Below, one piece after another: positions 50,001-59,800 of a stretch of DNA of 64,000 nt (its first letter is position 1; each line of letters opens with the position of its first letter). Position numbers and translations under genes: made by a program. The stretch lies in the sequence record SRR31156797_9179. The stretch is one strand, 5' to 3'. Under the pieces are notes generated by a model. The model did not search any database, was not told the DNA's origin, and saw only the letters and a program-made list of their open reading frames with translations.

Positions 50001-51487
50001 CCATCAAATTGTTTTTCAGAGAAAAATCCATCCAATGATAAATTCTCATATTCATAGTCGTAAAAATCAACTTTGGAAATATTCCCCTTCATAACACCCT
50101 GGGTCGTTTCAGATGATGTAAAGCCTTTTACTGCTACGTTTAATGAAATATGACCTACTTTTTCCTGATCGATTAATCCACCCAAATTGAATTCCTGAGT
50201 CGTTAAATCACCAGTAAAATCAAGTTTCCCATTTCCTTGATTTGGTTTAAAAAGAATATCAGTTTTAAATTTTCCAAGTGCAGTTTTAAAATCTCCATAA
50301 AATACAAAGTCATTTAAAAAGCCATTAAATTTTCCTTTATATTCTATTAAACCTAAATTGTTGAAGTATTCAGGTAATTGAAAATGTTCCTTAGAGTAAC
50401 CAGGAATGTATACCTTTTCAATATCAGGAATGCTGGTAATAAGTTTTTTAAAGTCCGCTTCCAAATAGGAATCTCTAAGATATGGCAAGCCATTCATGTA
50501 GAATTTACCCTTAAAATTGGTATTACTTCCATAAACGATATCAATATTTCTACCTCTTAAATCGTAAATTGTTCCGTATATTTTTCCCGAAATTTTTCCA
50601 CTTTCCCGGAAACCAAGTAACTTTTCATTAAAATATGCCAGATCAAGAAAACTAATTCTGGAAGAATTTAATTGAAAATCGAGCTGCATTTTTTTTGTAA
50701 ACTTTGCCCAGTAGCCTTGTCCGGCAATATAGCTAAAATACAGATGTTCTGCCTTTAGATTGCTATGTGTAGAGACAATATTAACGTCTTTTAATCCCCA
50801 TTGTTTGTTAGTAATCCAGGAATGGGCAACGAAATCTTTCAAAACAAAGCCAGATTTTTCAACACAACTTAAGTGCTTGAGATCAAAATCAAGAGAATCA
50901 CCGATTAATTTTATATCGCGAGCTTGTAATTTCAAATTTGTCACCAATATATCATCGTAGTTCATTCCAAAATCCTGATAAACCGCTTCCACTGTTTTGT
51001 AGGCAAATTTTGTTTCTTCAATATCGATGTTTGAAATACCCACAAACCAAGATTTTTTTAGTGTATCTTCGTTGGTGTTATTCGTATTGCTGGAAAGAGA
51101 ATCAATAAATACATCTAGGTTAAGAACCCTATCTTTATCTTCGTAAAGATTAAAGTAAGTTTCATTCAAACTTAATTTATTGATGTAAAGCTTTTTTTTC
51201 TTATAACTGAAGGAATCTATTTTTACTTTTAATTCATTTATATAAACCAAAGTGTCTTTTTGATAGTCTTCAATATATAATCCTTCAAGAATAACACTTT
51301 TAAAAGGAGAAATATTAACCCCTTGAATGCTAATTGGAGTGTTGGTTTGTTGGGAAAGATAGTCAGCCAAATTGCGGCTTACATAGGTTTGAACAGTACT
51401 GCTTAAGAATAACAGATACATTAAACAGGGAATCATAATGATAACCGTGAATGCCCAAATTGATATTTTGAAAAATTTTTTAATAAT
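47036..51487 (-). CDS. tamB: Translocation and assembly module TamB (DUF490/AsmA-like)
   Basis: About 1480 aa; N-terminal TM anchor, beta-taco repeats, C-terminal W.GDP..A / LLVLNRF / QGIGIFY..DF motifs; divergent from tsaD; start uncertain (see findings). Confidence 0.85.
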   Translation of the reverse strand: MIKKFFKISIWAFTVIIMIPCLMYLLFLSSTVQTYVSRNLADYLSQQTNTPISIQGVNISPFKSVILEGLYIEDYQKDTLVYINELKVKIDSFSYKKKKLYINKLSLNETYFNLYEDKDRVLNLDVFIDSLSSNTNNTNEDTLKKSWFVGISNIDIEETKFAYKTVEAVYQDFGMNYDDILVTNLKLQARDIKLIGDSLDFDLKHLSCVEKSGFVLKDFVAHSWITNKQWGLKDVNIVSTHSNLKAEHLYFSYIAGQGYWAKFTKKMQLDFQLNSSRISFLDLAYFNEKLLGFRESGKISGKIYGTIYDLRGRNIDIVYGSNTNFKGKFYMNGLPYLRDSYLEADFKKLITSIPDIEKVYIPGYSKEHFQLPEYFNNLGLIEYKGKFNGFLNDFVFYGDFKTALGKFKTDILFKPNQGNGKLDFTGDLTTQEFNLGGLIDQEKVGHISLNVAVKGFTSSETTQGVMKGNISKVDFYDYEYENLSLDGFFSEKQFDGKISIQDPNIGFDFSGKVDFSQKIPTMKFSSHLNHAKLFPLHLNTKDKKAELSLSVDANFTGSGLDNANGIIEINNTNYKNSLGEFMLDKFTINSFTSPKLKRIILNSDVSDMKVEGNYEVGKLVSSIANLTYYYLPAYAPDKEYTKIDSINNFKFSLNLKDTKPITSVLYPSISIAPGTSINGEIIALEHKLDMHFNSSSLIIDGKTFDELKVDLSTSEEELILKGRTNQLLFSEDFGLYNLSQKITAGKNKVKLDVLWNNWDQVTYSGFLSAEGKVKKSQKTNNPIWNVNLLPSTIIMADSVWNIQKSHFVADSTSYQIDNFRIARENQYFGLDGKISTNPNDSINFRIHNISLQNLNDLAREQNIGINGKVRGYVQISDFYGDRLSNSNVLIEDLILNQDTLGNLYMISDWDKYEKKLSFSSFTDFKSRKELDVQGAYFPDSDSINMDIHIDSLRMDLLNPYLQENISNIKGNATGSIHIEGETNALKPTGKLKFEESEFTINQLKTTYTCNDSIIITPSELRFNEFQIKDQNKNSAAIFGAITHDNFNNFNFDLQINTLNFNVLDTKITDNELFYGQAYMTGITALYGPVNDLDIEITAKTEKNTRINIPLNSSGDIQESNFITFVNTNRVVETNIQEDYKIDLSGIKMNCDLEITPETDIQIIFDSKIGDILKAKGNGNLKLEIDTKGEFKIFGDYTIQKGSYLFTLQNVINKKFDLANGGNIKWNGDPYDATVNINAVYNVKTTLYDLLLNTPYIDNTRKIPVECNMNLSQRLDNPIIKFNIDFPTLDQQTQSILEGLFSTEDEMNKQILSLLVLNRFYTPEYLRSTDPNFENKNSSYAVGVTTSELLSNQLSNWLSQISNDFDIGVSYRPGDDLTSDEIELALSTQIFNDKVTINGNVGTGNNQERDNDIVGDVDVNIKLDKKGKLQLTAFTRSNEYLVYEDSRNTQGIGIFYKEDFNTFSGLLKKYISFLKGNKKDQKDK

Positions 51488-51629
51488 TTTGCCGTTTTGT
51501 GAGATGCACAAAATTAGCTAAAAAGAAGAAGAATATAACACATACATTGGGGCGTTTAAACAGTTTTTTGATTTTTTTAACCTATTATAGGATGAAGATT
51601 AAATTTTGTCTCAATCTAATATAAAATTG

Positions 51630-52652
51630 ATGAGTGTAACCATACTAGGAATTGAATCATCTTGTGATGATACTTCGGCATCGGTACTAAAGGACGGAAT
51701 AATTTATTCCAATATAATTGCGAACCAAGATGTACATATGAATTATGGTGGGGTAGTACCGGAATTGGCTTCGCGTGCTCACCAACAAAATATCATTCCT
51801 GTTGTGCATCAGGCGATGGAAAAAGCTGGTGTAACAGCAGATGAAATTGATGCCGTAGCTTTCACCAGAGGTCCTGGCTTACTTGGATCTTTAATGGTGG
51901 GAACTTCTTTTGCCAAAGGATTTGCTATGTCGAAAAATATACCTTTAATTGAGGTAAACCATTTGCAGGCACATATTCTTGCACATTTTATTGATGATTT
52001 GAAAAACACATATGATCATCCTGGATTTCCATTTTTGGCTTTATTGGTATCAGGTGGTAATTCACAAATTATTGTGGTGAAAGATCATTTAGATATGGAA
52101 GTTATTGGGGAAACCATTGACGATGCGGCAGGAGAAGCTTTTGATAAATGTGCTAAAGTAATGGGTCTGCCTTATCCAGGAGGACCATTGATTGATAAAA
52201 ATGCCAAACAAGGTAATCCATTGGCATTTGAATTTAGTCGTCCAAGAATTCAGGGATTAAATTATAGTTTTAGTGGTTTAAAAACTTCGTTTCTGTATTT
52301 TATTCGTGATAAAGTAAAAGAGAATCCAAATTTTGTACAGGAAAATATGAATGATTTGTGTGCATCATTACAATACACAATTGTTGATATTTTAATGAAC
52401 AAGGTAAAACGTGCTGCAAAAGAGACAGGAATTAAGCAAGTCGCAATTGCTGGTGGAGTTTCAGCTAATTCAGGATTACAAAATGCTTTGCACGAGGCAG
52501 CTGAAAAACACAAGTGGAAGGTATTTGTTCCTCAATTGGGTTATTCGCTGGATAATGCTGCAATGATTGCGATTACAGGATATTTCAAGTATTTAAGAAA
52601 TGAATTTGTAGGTCAGGATACAGCTCCTTTTGCTCGAATGACCATTAAATAA
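51630..52652 (+). CDS. tsaD: tRNA threonylcarbamoyltransferase TsaD
   Basis: ILGIESSCDDT, GGVVPELASRAH, NHLQAH, DDAAGEAFDK, FSGLKT, DNAAMIA; ATG at 51630. Confidence 0.96.
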   Translation: MSVTILGIESSCDDTSASVLKDGIIYSNIIANQDVHMNYGGVVPELASRAHQQNIIPVVHQAMEKAGVTADEIDAVAFTRGPGLLGSLMVGTSFAKGFAMSKNIPLIEVNHLQAHILAHFIDDLKNTYDHPGFPFLALLVSGGNSQIIVVKDHLDMEVIGETIDDAAGEAFDKCAKVMGLPYPGGPLIDKNAKQGNPLAFEFSRPRIQGLNYSFSGLKTSFLYFIRDKVKENPNFVQENMNDLCASLQYTIVDILMNKVKRAAKETGIKQVAIAGGVSANSGLQNALHEAAEKHKWKVFVPQLGYSLDNAAMIAITGYFKYLRNEFVGQDTAPFARMTIK

Positions 52653-52660
52653 AAAAATAG

Positions 52661-52690
52661 AAAACGGAAGTCAATGAGCTTCCGTTTTTT
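52661..52690. terminator. Bidirectional terminator
   Basis: AAAACGGAAG...CTTCCGTTTTTT between convergent genes. Confidence 0.8.
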
Positions 52691-53133
52691 TATTCTGTGA
52701 TGTTTAAATAGTTTTTTAAAATCGTTAATGAATTATCATTCAAATGGGAGAGATCTAATCGAATTACCTCTTTATTTTTCATACTGATATCCATATTGTG
52801 ATCAGAAATAGCGATGTCCTTTATATCTTTAAGATAGACTTTAATCTCTTTCTTTTTCCATCCTGTTTTGTACTTTAATTTTCTGGAATTAATGATTAAA
52901 TATTCATTTGGATAAAGAAATTTACATCCCAATAAAAGACCCACAAAATAAATAGCGACCACGATCAATACAAGAATCAGATAATTACCATGTGGTAAAA
53001 AATCAAAATACTTGTTGAATAAATAAAGGAGTATTGCAGAAATTAGAAAAGAGATTCCTAAAGCAAGCTGTTTGCTTTTTGATACGTTATTGTTGATTTT
53101 ATGATTCCGTATGTCAAATTCGAATTGAAGCAT
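52690..53133 (-). CDS. Hypothetical membrane protein (2 TM plus small PH-like beta domain)
   Basis: 147 aa; two hydrophobic segments followed by a basic beta-rich tail. Confidence 0.65.
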   Translation of the reverse strand: MLQFEFDIRNHKINNNVSKSKQLALGISFLISAILLYLFNKYFDFLPHGNYLILVLIVVAIYFVGLLLGCKFLYPNEYLIINSRKLKYKTGWKKKEIKVYLKDIKDIAISDHNMDISMKNKEVIRLDLSHLNDNSLTILKNYLNITE

Positions 53134-53205
53134 AATCCTCTAGCTTTAGGTTCTATCTAAAGTTAAGAAATATGATCCTTAGAATAAATTAAATTTTGAC
53201 TTCAA

Positions 53206-53748
53206 TTATTCTTCAATAAATACCTGATTGAAAAGACTATTTTGTTGCAGTAAATCACTGTAAGAGTCAGAAATTAAATCTTTAGCATTTATTTCCAATA
53301 GCTTGATATAGAAATTGCACTGTTCCTGTAATTTTTCTTTGGCAGTATTTTCTTCAAAATCAATAGCTTCGATTTCAATAAATTGACCAATTCTAGCAAC
53401 GGAATCAATATGAAATTTTACATTGTCGATAAAATAGATTTCTCTTTGTTTATCAACTACACACCTGGTTCCCATCGATTTTGTAAGAATCTCCTTTAAG
53501 TTCGAATCAGGAGAGGTTTTGTATAAACTAACCTTACTCTCTTTCGATCCTTTTTTATTTTCACGAATGTAATGAATTAGGTTGTTTTCGATATTTCCTT
53601 CACGTAGTTTTAATCTTCCTGTTTTCGAATGAAAATAGGTGTCAATTTGATGATCTAAACCTTTATATTCGGCATTATTGGCTTTTAAAATTTTGCGGAT
53701 TTTATCCTGATTTTTACAATATGCTTTTATTTCAACACTAACTGGCAT
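53206..53748 (-). CDS. CYTH domain protein (class IV adenylate cyclase / triphosphate tunnel metalloenzyme)
   Basis: VEIKA, QIDTYF, GRLKLRE, VVDKQREIY, FIEIE, SYSDLL. Confidence 0.88.
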   Translation of the reverse strand: MPVSVEIKAYCKNQDKIRKILKANNAEYKGLDHQIDTYFHSKTGRLKLREGNIENNLIHYIRENKKGSKESKVSLYKTSPDSNLKEILTKSMGTRCVVDKQREIYFIDNVKFHIDSVARIGQFIEIEAIDFEENTAKEKLQEQCNFYIKLLEINAKDLISDSYSDLLQQNSLFNQVFIEE

Positions 53749-53823
53749 ACTTATTTATTTTATCAATAATTGTTGGGGCAAGATCGGAAAAAAACATGAA
53801 ATGTAATCTAAGAAAGTGAGGAA

Positions 53824-54390
53824 TTAAATTTGTTTGGCAAGTTCGGCTAATTTTATTCCAATTTCTTCGATATCTAAAATGAAATTTGGTTTGGAAGCGT
53901 CAATAGCTGCTTGTGGCATAATGGAGGCAAGAGCATTTATGGGGTTTTCTACAATCGAAATTCCACCATAATTGTTAATGGTTTTTAATCCTATAGCGCC
54001 ATCTTGATTTAGTCCGGTAAGAATAACTCCAATTGCTTTAGTTTTACATGCCCAGGCTGCTGATTCGAACAAAACATCTATTGAAGGGCGGGAGTGGTGT
54101 ACTTTAGGATCGGTAGTAAATGAAATGCTATTGTCGCTTTCAATTAACATGTGATAGTTTGGTGGGGCAAAGTAAACTGTTCCGTTTTCGATGAATTCTT
54201 TTTCTTCTGCTTCTTTAATACATAGCTCACTAATGTTATTTAGATAGGAGATAAAGGAATCGTTATTATTATCGCCAATATGCAAAACAACAAGTACAGG
54301 CAAACAAAAATCTTTGGGTAAGGCTGGTATTATTGATTTTAAAGCCTCTAATCCTCCATATGAAGTTCCTATTACCAAAGCTTTTGTCAT
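53824..54390 (-). CDS. cheB: Stand-alone CheB methylesterase domain (no receiver)
   Basis: IGTSYGG (Ser), VLH (His), APPNYH, RPSIDVLFESAA, GVILTG..QDGA (Asp). Confidence 0.9.
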   Translation of the reverse strand: MTKALVIGTSYGGLEALKSIIPALPKDFCLPVLVVLHIGDNNNDSFISYLNNISELCIKEAEEKEFIENGTVYFAPPNYHMLIESDNSISFTTDPKVHHSRPSIDVLFESAAWACKTKAIGVILTGLNQDGAIGLKTINNYGGISIVENPINALASIMPQAAIDASKPNFILDIEEIGIKLAELAKQI

Positions 54391-55232
54391 CGACTAATTT
54401 TCTTTTTAAATATTTTTTGTTTGGAATCAATATCTACAAAATTGTTTTCGAATTGGGTAAACTTAAGAGATTCTTTTGAACCCAAACATAAATGACCGCT
54501 GTGAGTAAGGCTTTCGTGGAAAAGGCCGATGACTTTGTTTTGCAATTCTCGGTTAAAATAAATGAGAACATTCCGGCAGAGAATAAGATTTACTTCAGCA
54601 AAAACATGATCTGTAACCAAATTGTGATCGGCAAATACAACTTTTTTAGAAAGTGCCTGATCGAATTTGATTGAACCATATTTTAGAGTATAATAGTTAG
54701 ACAATTGAGCTTTGCCTCCTGAATTCGAATAGTTACGTTGAAATTTATCTAAATCTTGAGTGTGATAAATACCCAATTTCGCAATTTCTAATACTTTTCG
54801 ATTAAAATCGGTAGCATAAATCTGACATCTGTCTAAAATTCCTTCCTCATGTAATAAAATGGCTAATGAGTAAACTTCCTCACCAGTAGAACATCCGGCA
54901 TGCCAAATCTTAATAAATGGATAGGTTTTTAAGCTTGGAACAACATTTTCGCGAAACGACTTGTAAAAATCAGGATCGCGAAACATTTCTGTTACGTTTA
55001 TAGATAAATCCTCAAGTAAGTCGATGAAAAACTCCTTGTCTCGAAGTACTTTTTCCTGCATTTGAGATACAGAAGTAAAGTTACCAATTGACATTCGGTG
55101 CATCAATCTTCTTTTAACATGAGCCTTTGAATAATCCCTAAAATCATAACTGTATTTTTGGAAAATAGCTTCCAAAAACAAGGGAATTTCAATATCTATA
55201 TTTTCAATACCAACAGAATTGCTTTGAGTCAT
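54387..55232 (-). CDS. cheR: CheR protein-glutamate methyltransferase
   Basis: INVTEMFRDP, IWHAGCSTGEEVYSLAI, YATD, CRNVLIYF. Confidence 0.93.
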   Translation of the reverse strand: MTQSNSVGIENIDIEIPLFLEAIFQKYSYDFRDYSKAHVKRRLMHRMSIGNFTSVSQMQEKVLRDKEFFIDLLEDLSINVTEMFRDPDFYKSFRENVVPSLKTYPFIKIWHAGCSTGEEVYSLAILLHEEGILDRCQIYATDFNRKVLEIAKLGIYHTQDLDKFQRNYSNSGGKAQLSNYYTLKYGSIKFDQALSKKVVFADHNLVTDHVFAEVNLILCRNVLIYFNRELQNKVIGLFHESLTHSGHLCLGSKESLKFTQFENNFVDIDSKQKIFKKKISR

Positions 55233-55237
55233 AATGC

Positions 55238-56830
55238 TTACGCGATACTTTTTGAAATCTGGCTAAATATTTTTCTTAAAGCTTCTTCTTTAAACGGTTT
55301 GCTAATAAAATCATTCATACCTGCATTAATACAGTTTTGCTTATCCTCTACAAAAGCATTTGCCGTTAGTGCAATAATAAAAGTTTTATTTATTTCTGGA
55401 TTTTCATTTTCAAAACTTCTTATTTTTTCAGTTGCACTAATTCCATCCAATACTGGCATTTGCATATCCATAAGAATTACCTGATAGTTATTTTCTTTAT
55501 GCATTTCAAAAGCTTCCAATCCATTTTTGGCAACATCGCATTGTAAACCCATATGTCTTAAGGTTAGCATTGCAACTTTTTGGTTAATTGGGTTGTCTTC
55601 TGCAACTAGTATTGATAATTGTTTTGGAATTTCTACTTTTTCATTGTTAAACATATCTACCTCCTGATCTTTGTATCCAAATTTTAGTTCAAACATAAAC
55701 TCTGATCCTACTTCTGGCTCACTTTCCAAACTTATTCTACCGCCCATTAGGTTGGTTAAGTTTTTCGAAATTGCCAATCCTAAACCTGTTCCTCCATACT
55801 GTCGAGTTGTTGAACTATCGGATTGTGTAAATTCTTTAAATAGTTTTTTTTGTGCTTCCCGAGATATTCCAATTCCCGTATCCTTTACTGAAAAGAACAA
55901 AGATACGTATTGCTTTGTTTTCTCGAGACATTTTACTGATAATTGAACCGAGCCTTTGTGTGTAAATTTTATTGCATTATTGGCAAGGTTTATAAGTATC
56001 TGATTCAACCTAAATGAGTCACCAACTAGGTTTTTCGGAATGTCTTCATCAATATCTATAATAAAATCTATTCCTTTTTCTTTCGCTTTAAAATTTAATA
56101 AATAATAGATTGTATCTAAAAGTTTCTGGAGTTTAAAATCGATGCTTTCAATTTCAATTTGACCAGCCTCAATCTTTGAATAATCTAAAATATCATTAAT
56201 TATTTGCAGAAGGTTTTCCCCCGAAGTGGTCATTACTTTTAGCATATCCTTTTGCTCATCGTTCAATTCCGATTCTATAAGTATTCTAGATAAGCCTAAA
56301 ATTCCATTCATCGGAGAACGGATTTCGTGTGACATGTTAGCCAAAAACATCGATTTAGCCCTGTTTGCATCTTCAGCTCTGGCTTTTTCAATTATTAACT
56401 CTTCATTTTTCGATTCAAGATATTTTAACAAAGAATCAAGCTCTTTTCTTTGCTGATACAAATCGAGAAATACCTTTACTTTTCCTTTAAGAATTTCGGG
56501 AATAATAGGTTTTGGAATAAAATCAACGGCTCCAGTTTCGATTCCTTTAATGATATGTAAATCGCTTTGATGAATAGCAGATACAAAAATTACAGGAAGA
56601 AGCTTAGTTTTTTTCCTTTGACGCATAAATTCAAGCGTTTCATAGCCATCCATTCCAGGCATTTGAACATCTAGGATTGCCATTGCAAATTCTTCTTTAA
56701 GAGTATGTTTTAAAGCTTCCTCTCCCGATGAGGCTCTGACAAATTCAACGTCAAAATCACTCAGAACTCGCTCTAGACTAACAAGGTTCTCTAACTTATC
56801 ATCAACTATTAGTATTTTTTCCTTTTTCAT
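55238..56830 (-). CDS. Hybrid histidine kinase REC-HisKA-HATPase-REC
   Basis: ILIVDD..LDVQMP; FLANMSHEIRSP; NAIKFT, DTGIG, GGTGLGL; AEDN..MDMQMP. Confidence 0.93.
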   Translation of the reverse strand: MKKEKILIVDDKLENLVSLERVLSDFDVEFVRASSGEEALKHTLKEEFAMAILDVQMPGMDGYETLEFMRQRKKTKLLPVIFVSAIHQSDLHIIKGIETGAVDFIPKPIIPEILKGKVKVFLDLYQQRKELDSLLKYLESKNEELIIEKARAEDANRAKSMFLANMSHEIRSPMNGILGLSRILIESELNDEQKDMLKVMTTSGENLLQIINDILDYSKIEAGQIEIESIDFKLQKLLDTIYYLLNFKAKEKGIDFIIDIDEDIPKNLVGDSFRLNQILINLANNAIKFTHKGSVQLSVKCLEKTKQYVSLFFSVKDTGIGISREAQKKLFKEFTQSDSSTTRQYGGTGLGLAISKNLTNLMGGRISLESEPEVGSEFMFELKFGYKDQEVDMFNNEKVEIPKQLSILVAEDNPINQKVAMLTLRHMGLQCDVAKNGLEAFEMHKENNYQVILMDMQMPVLDGISATEKIRSFENENPEINKTFIIALTANAFVEDKQNCINAGMNDFISKPFKEEALRKIFSQISKSIA

Positions 56831-56850
56831 TTGTTATAATATCTTTTGAG

Positions 56851-59800
56851 CTAGTTGTAAAGCCAAATTTTTAACATTGAGAACAGTTTATTCTCATCAA
56901 TAGGTTTGGATAAATAATCGTTTGCTCCTGAAGAAATTGCTTTCTGATAATCATCTTTCATTGCTTTTGCAGTAAGACAAATTATTGGAACATCCTGTAT
57001 TTCCGGAGTTTGTCGAATAACGGTCATGGCTTCATATCCATCCATTTCCGGCATCATTATATCCATTAAAACTAAATCTACATTTGCATTGTTCTTTAAT
57101 ACGTCAATGGCTATTTTTCCATTTTCAGCTTCAAGAACTTCCATATCCTTTTCTTCAAGAATCTTGCCTAAAGCAAAAATATTTCTGATTTCATCATCAA
57201 CAACCAACACTTTTTTACCTTTAAAAATGGAGTCGTCAATTTCTGTAACTTTTACCTTAGGGTTTTCTGGTGTTTTTGTTGCCACCTGATGTAAGAATAA
57301 ACTTACTTCATCCATTAAACGTTCATCTGATTTTAATCCTTTAAGAATAATTGAATTAGTGTATTTGCTCAGTTCTCTGTGTTCTTCACGAGATAAATCT
57401 TTCCCCGTATAAATAATAGTATTAGGAACTTTAATATTTGCTTCGGATAATTTTTTTAGCAATTCATTTCCTGAGATATCTGGCAGACCGAGATCAAGAA
57501 TTATACAGTCGTAATTTTTCTTTGAAATCAGGTCAAAAGCTTCTTCACCAGTTGTAGATTCATCAATCTGAACATTGGTTGGAGTCAAAATACTTTTTAT
57601 CAATTGCCTAGTAGTATCATTGTCTTCAATTACCAGAATCTTTTTCGATTCGGTGAACAATTGAGTTTTCATTTTATTAATTGCCTGAGAAACATTTGTA
57701 GCATTCACTGTAGGCAAATCATTCAGGTCTCTTTCAATAAATCCTTCAACAGGATTTACAATATGCATTGGTAATTTAGAGGCATAAGAATTTAAACGTA
57801 ATGGGTTTAAAACGTCTTCTCCTTTTTCAAGGATAAGTTCCATTCCAATAATAATTGCCGAAGGCTGGTGTGCTTCAATTAATAAGATAGCATCGGCAAC
57901 ATTCGAAGCAACCAAAGCATGGAAACTACTTTCATGTATTTGATAGTACAGAGAAGTTGCTTCATCACGTTTAGGATGAATTAAAACAACGGTTGAACCA
58001 TTGTGTGGTATGTCTCTATCATCATCAATAAAAATTGGTAATACTACTGGTTTGTTTTCGGTTTCTAGAATTTCGTTCTCATTCTTAAGCGTAACAGATT
58101 TAAGATTTTGAATTGTTGTTTTATTCTGCTTCTCAGGAATAAATAAGGTAAAACTAGATCCTTTACCTACTTCGCTTTCCAGGTGAATTTCGCCACCTAA
58201 CATTCTAGCCAATTCTTTCGAGATTGAAAGCCCTAAACCGGTTCCACCATACTGTCTTGAGGTACTTCCATCAGCTTGTTGAAAAGCTTCGAAAATGGCT
58301 TCCTTTTTCTCATCAGGAATACCAACTCCGGTATCTGTTACTGTAATTGAATAGGTATCTGAGGTTTTTAGATCACTTCTCCATAATTTCGAACTATCAA
58401 CTGCTTTCTTCATCGAAACGGTTATTGCTCCTTTTGAAGTGAATTTTAAGGCATTTGATAATAGGTTTTTAATGATTTGATTTAATCTTAATGGATCTGT
58501 TTCAATATTATTTGCGAAATCATCTGAGATATCTACATGGAAATCCAAGTTTTTCTTATCTGCCTGATGTTTGAAATCCATTAAAATTTCACTTTTGATA
58601 TCATCAGGTTGAACCGATTCGAATTCTATATTCATTTTACCTGCTTCAATTTTCGACAGGTCTAAAATTTCATTAATTAGTTGGAGTAGATCTTTTCCAC
58701 TCTTATTTATGATTTGAGCTGATTCAATATCTTCATCAGTAAGATTTCCATTCTTATTCTTCACCAAAATCCCGGATAGAATAAGTAAACTATTTAATGG
58801 TGTCCTTAGTTCGTGAGACATGTTTGCCAAAAAGTCGGATTTGTATTGACTTGCTTGTTCCAATTCTCTGGCTTTAACCTCAATCTTGTCGTGAGCTACA
58901 GATAATCCTTTATTTTTTTGTTCTATTTCTTCTTTCTGAATTTCAAGTTGATTGGTTCTTTCCTCTAATTCTTCATTGGCAACTCGTAACTCTTCTTGTT
59001 GAACTTGTAGTTTTTTCTCATTTTCAGTTAAAATGCTTGTTTGTTCTGCAAGTTCCTCATTGGCTACTCTAAGTTCTTCTTGTTGAACTTGTAGTTCACT
59101 GGCTTGTTCTTGTGTTGTTTTTAATAGATTTTCTAAACGAACACGAGCCAAAGTAGAGGCAATTTTAACTGTAATACTTTCACGTACTGCTTTTACAAAA
59201 TCGACAATCGATTCAGAAAATATTTTTATTGAGGCAATTTCTAATACGCCCCATAAAGCATCGTTGTATACTAAGGGAACCAAAAGAACATTCTTTGGCA
59301 TTATTTCACCTGTTCCCGAAAACACGTTAAAATATTCCTTAGGCAGATCTTTCAAATGCTTCAGTTTTTTAGTTTGAGCAACTTGTCCTACTAAACCGTG
59401 TCCTACACGAATATTTTTGTATTGATTTTTGTCAGGAATACCAAATGATGCAGCTAAGGATAATGTCTCTTGTTCTTCGTGGTAGACATACAATGTACCT
59501 AATTCTGCTGATAAAAATTCAGACATAAATCCCAAAGTTCTTGAAGCTACTTCTTCTAGCTCATGATCGCCCTGAAGTTCTTCATTTAATTGATTTACAC
59601 CAGATCTGAACCAATGTGTTTCATCATTTGTTGCTTTTGAATCTTTTAATGTTTTTACCATCTGATTCAAAGAAATGGACAGTTCATCTTCTTTCGATTT
59701 AGGTGTAAGATTAATACTTAAATCACCGTTGGCAACCATTTTTGTATAATCAACAACACTTTGAAAATCGTTTTGAATAATTTGGAAAGATTGAGCCAAT

